Shown here one piece after another: positions 62,626 through 64,000 of a stretch of 64,000 bases of DNA. A model generated the notes under the pieces. The model ran no database searches and had not been told where the DNA came from. It saw nothing but the letters and a program-made list of their open reading frames with translations. Origin of the DNA: Candidatus Chisholmbacteria bacterium RIFCSPHIGHO2_01_FULL_52_32 (GTDB lineage Bacteria > Patescibacteriota > Microgenomatia > UBA1400 > Chisholmbacteraceae); the NCBI GenBank assembly GCA_001816585.1, contig MHCJ01000003.1, positions 586,681 to 650,680 of the forward strand, in the 5' to 3' direction. Positions within the stretch are counted from its first letter, which is position 1. Every line of letters starts with the position of its first letter. Made by a program: the position numbers and the translations under genes.

Positions 62626-64000
62626 TTATTTCAGGGCGATTTTCAGCACCTCGTCCATGTGGGAGACGTAGTGGAACTTCAGATCCCGTTTGACATTATC
62701 GGGGACGTCAACGAGATCCTTCTTGTTGTTCTTGGGGAGGATGATCTCTTTGAGGCCGGCGCGGTGGGCGGCAATCACTTTCTCCTTGACACCTCCGATT
62801 TCAAGAACCCTGCCCCGAAGCGTGACCTCCCCGGTCATTCCCACTTCGCGACGGGTCGGACGGTCGGTGAGGGCGGAAACGAGGGCTGTAGTCATGGTTA
62901 CTCCGGCTGACGGTCCGTCTTTGGGGACTGCGCCTTCGGGTACATGGATATGGACGTTTACGTTTTCGAAGTTTGTGTCCTTGAGGTTTAACTCCTTCCA
63001 GCGGCTGCGCACGTACGAGAGGGCGGCTCTGCCTGATTCCTTCATCACGTCCCCAAGCTGGCCGGTTAACGTCAGCTTCCCTTTCCCCGGCATGAGCGCG
63101 ACCTCGACGAACAGAATATCGCCGCCGGCTTGGGTGTATGCCAAACCGGTTGCCACACCCGTTTCATCCCGTTTTTCCGCAAGGGTTTCGGTAAATTTAT
63201 CCGGGCCAAGATAATCCGCAACGCTTTTCCGGGTAATCGTCAGCTTGCCTTTTTTCCCTTCGGCGATTTTGCGGGCTACTTTTCTGGAGATCTTGGCTAA
63301 CTCGCGCTCCAGGTTCCTGACCCCTGCTTCCCTCGTGTAGCGTTTGATAATGTGGTGAAGGATGTTTGCCGGAACATTGAAGTTTCTTTCCGAGAGGCCA
63401 TTTGCTTTCAAAACTTTTTCGATGAGGTGGCGTTTGGCGATGTGGAACTTTTCATCTTCGGTGTATCCGGAGAATTCAATGACTTCGAGCCGATCGCGGA
63501 GGGCCGGGGGAACGGTATCGAGAACGTTACCCGTGGTGATAAACATCACTTCCGAGAGGTCGAAGGGAACTTCAAGGTAGTGATCGGAAAAATCCCGGTT
63601 CTGTTCCGGATCGAGAGCCTCAAGCAGTGCCGCCGACGGGTCGCCGCGAAAGTCGATCCCTATTTTGTCGATCTCATCAAGCATAAAAACCGGATTCTTT
63701 GTCCCGACCGTCCGAATCCCTTGGATGATTCGGCCGGGCATGGCTCCGACATAGGTCCGTCTGTGCCCCCGGATTTCCGCTTCGTCCCGAATACCGCCCA
63801 GAGAAATCTTGATGAATTTTCTTCCCAAGGCTCTGGCGATGGAACGGCCGATTGAGGTTTTTCCTACGCCAGGCGGTCCGACGAAACAGAGGATAGTCGG
63901 CATGGCCTTTTCACCGGGCCTTTCTTCTTTTTCATCATGGCTTCTGGCGCCGGTTTTTGTCTTCACGCTGCCCTTGATTTTGAGGACCGCCAGGTACTCC
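62626..64000 (-). CDS. lon: Lon protease (C-terminal part; 5' end outside window)
   Basis: [32 protein letters not shown]. Confidence 0.97.
   Translation of the reverse strand, partial: EYLAVLKIKGSVKTKTGARSHDEKEERPGEKAMPTILCFVGPPGVGKTSIGRSIARALGRKFIKISLGGIRDEAEIRGHRRTYVGAMPGRIIQGIRTVGTKNPVFMLDEIDKIGIDFRGDPSAALLEALDPEQNRDFSDHYLEVPFDLSEVMFITTGNVLDTVPPALRDRLEVIEFSGYTEDEKFHIAKRHLIEKVLKANGLSERNFNVPANILHHIIKRYTREAGVRNLERELAKISRKVARKIAEGKKGKLTITRKSVADYLGPDKFTETLAEKRDETGVATGLAYTQAGGDILFVEVALMPGKGKLTLTGQLGDVMKESGRAALSYVRSRWKELNLKDTNFENVNVHIHVPEGAVPKDGPSAGVTMTTALVSALTDRPTRREVGMTGEVTLRGRVLEIGGVKEKVIAAHRAGLKEIILPKNNKKDLVDVPDNVKRDLKFHYVSHMDEVLKIALK

Overview
Gene-dense, mostly minus-strand chromosomal segment in genetic code 11. 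It is most likely from a Patescibacteria/CPR (Microgenomates-like) bacterium; this is inferred from the gene set, a miniature TsaB, a membrane-anchored Clp ATPase and pervasive leaderless starts. Housekeeping genes: ftsEX plus an M23 hydrolase, prfB, murF, secA, serS, lysS, greA, tsaB, a tsaC-tsaE fusion, tsaD, sod, bcp, lon (partial) and tRNA-Glu(CTC). Accessory genes: two ABC systems, a GT2/GT4/GT-C glycosylation cluster, a sortase with tiny substrates, a Phd-RelE toxin-antitoxin pair, a 4xCBS-HPF fusion and a minimal [NiFe]-hydrogenase-like locus (large subunit, truncated small subunit, protease, His-less HypC, DUF6390-like, EamA). The most striking non-coding signal is about a dozen 7-bp-period tandem arrays placed at gene junctions, including (TTTAGGG)n. 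One pair of arrays brackets a four-helix-bundle (23S-IVP/bAvd-like) gene, and a near-identical 'empty' pair lies between the hydrogenase subunits, suggesting a cassette that moves between gene junctions. Short REP-like palindromes also occur in these arrays and in frame within sod. All family calls come from motif recognition only; no searches were run.
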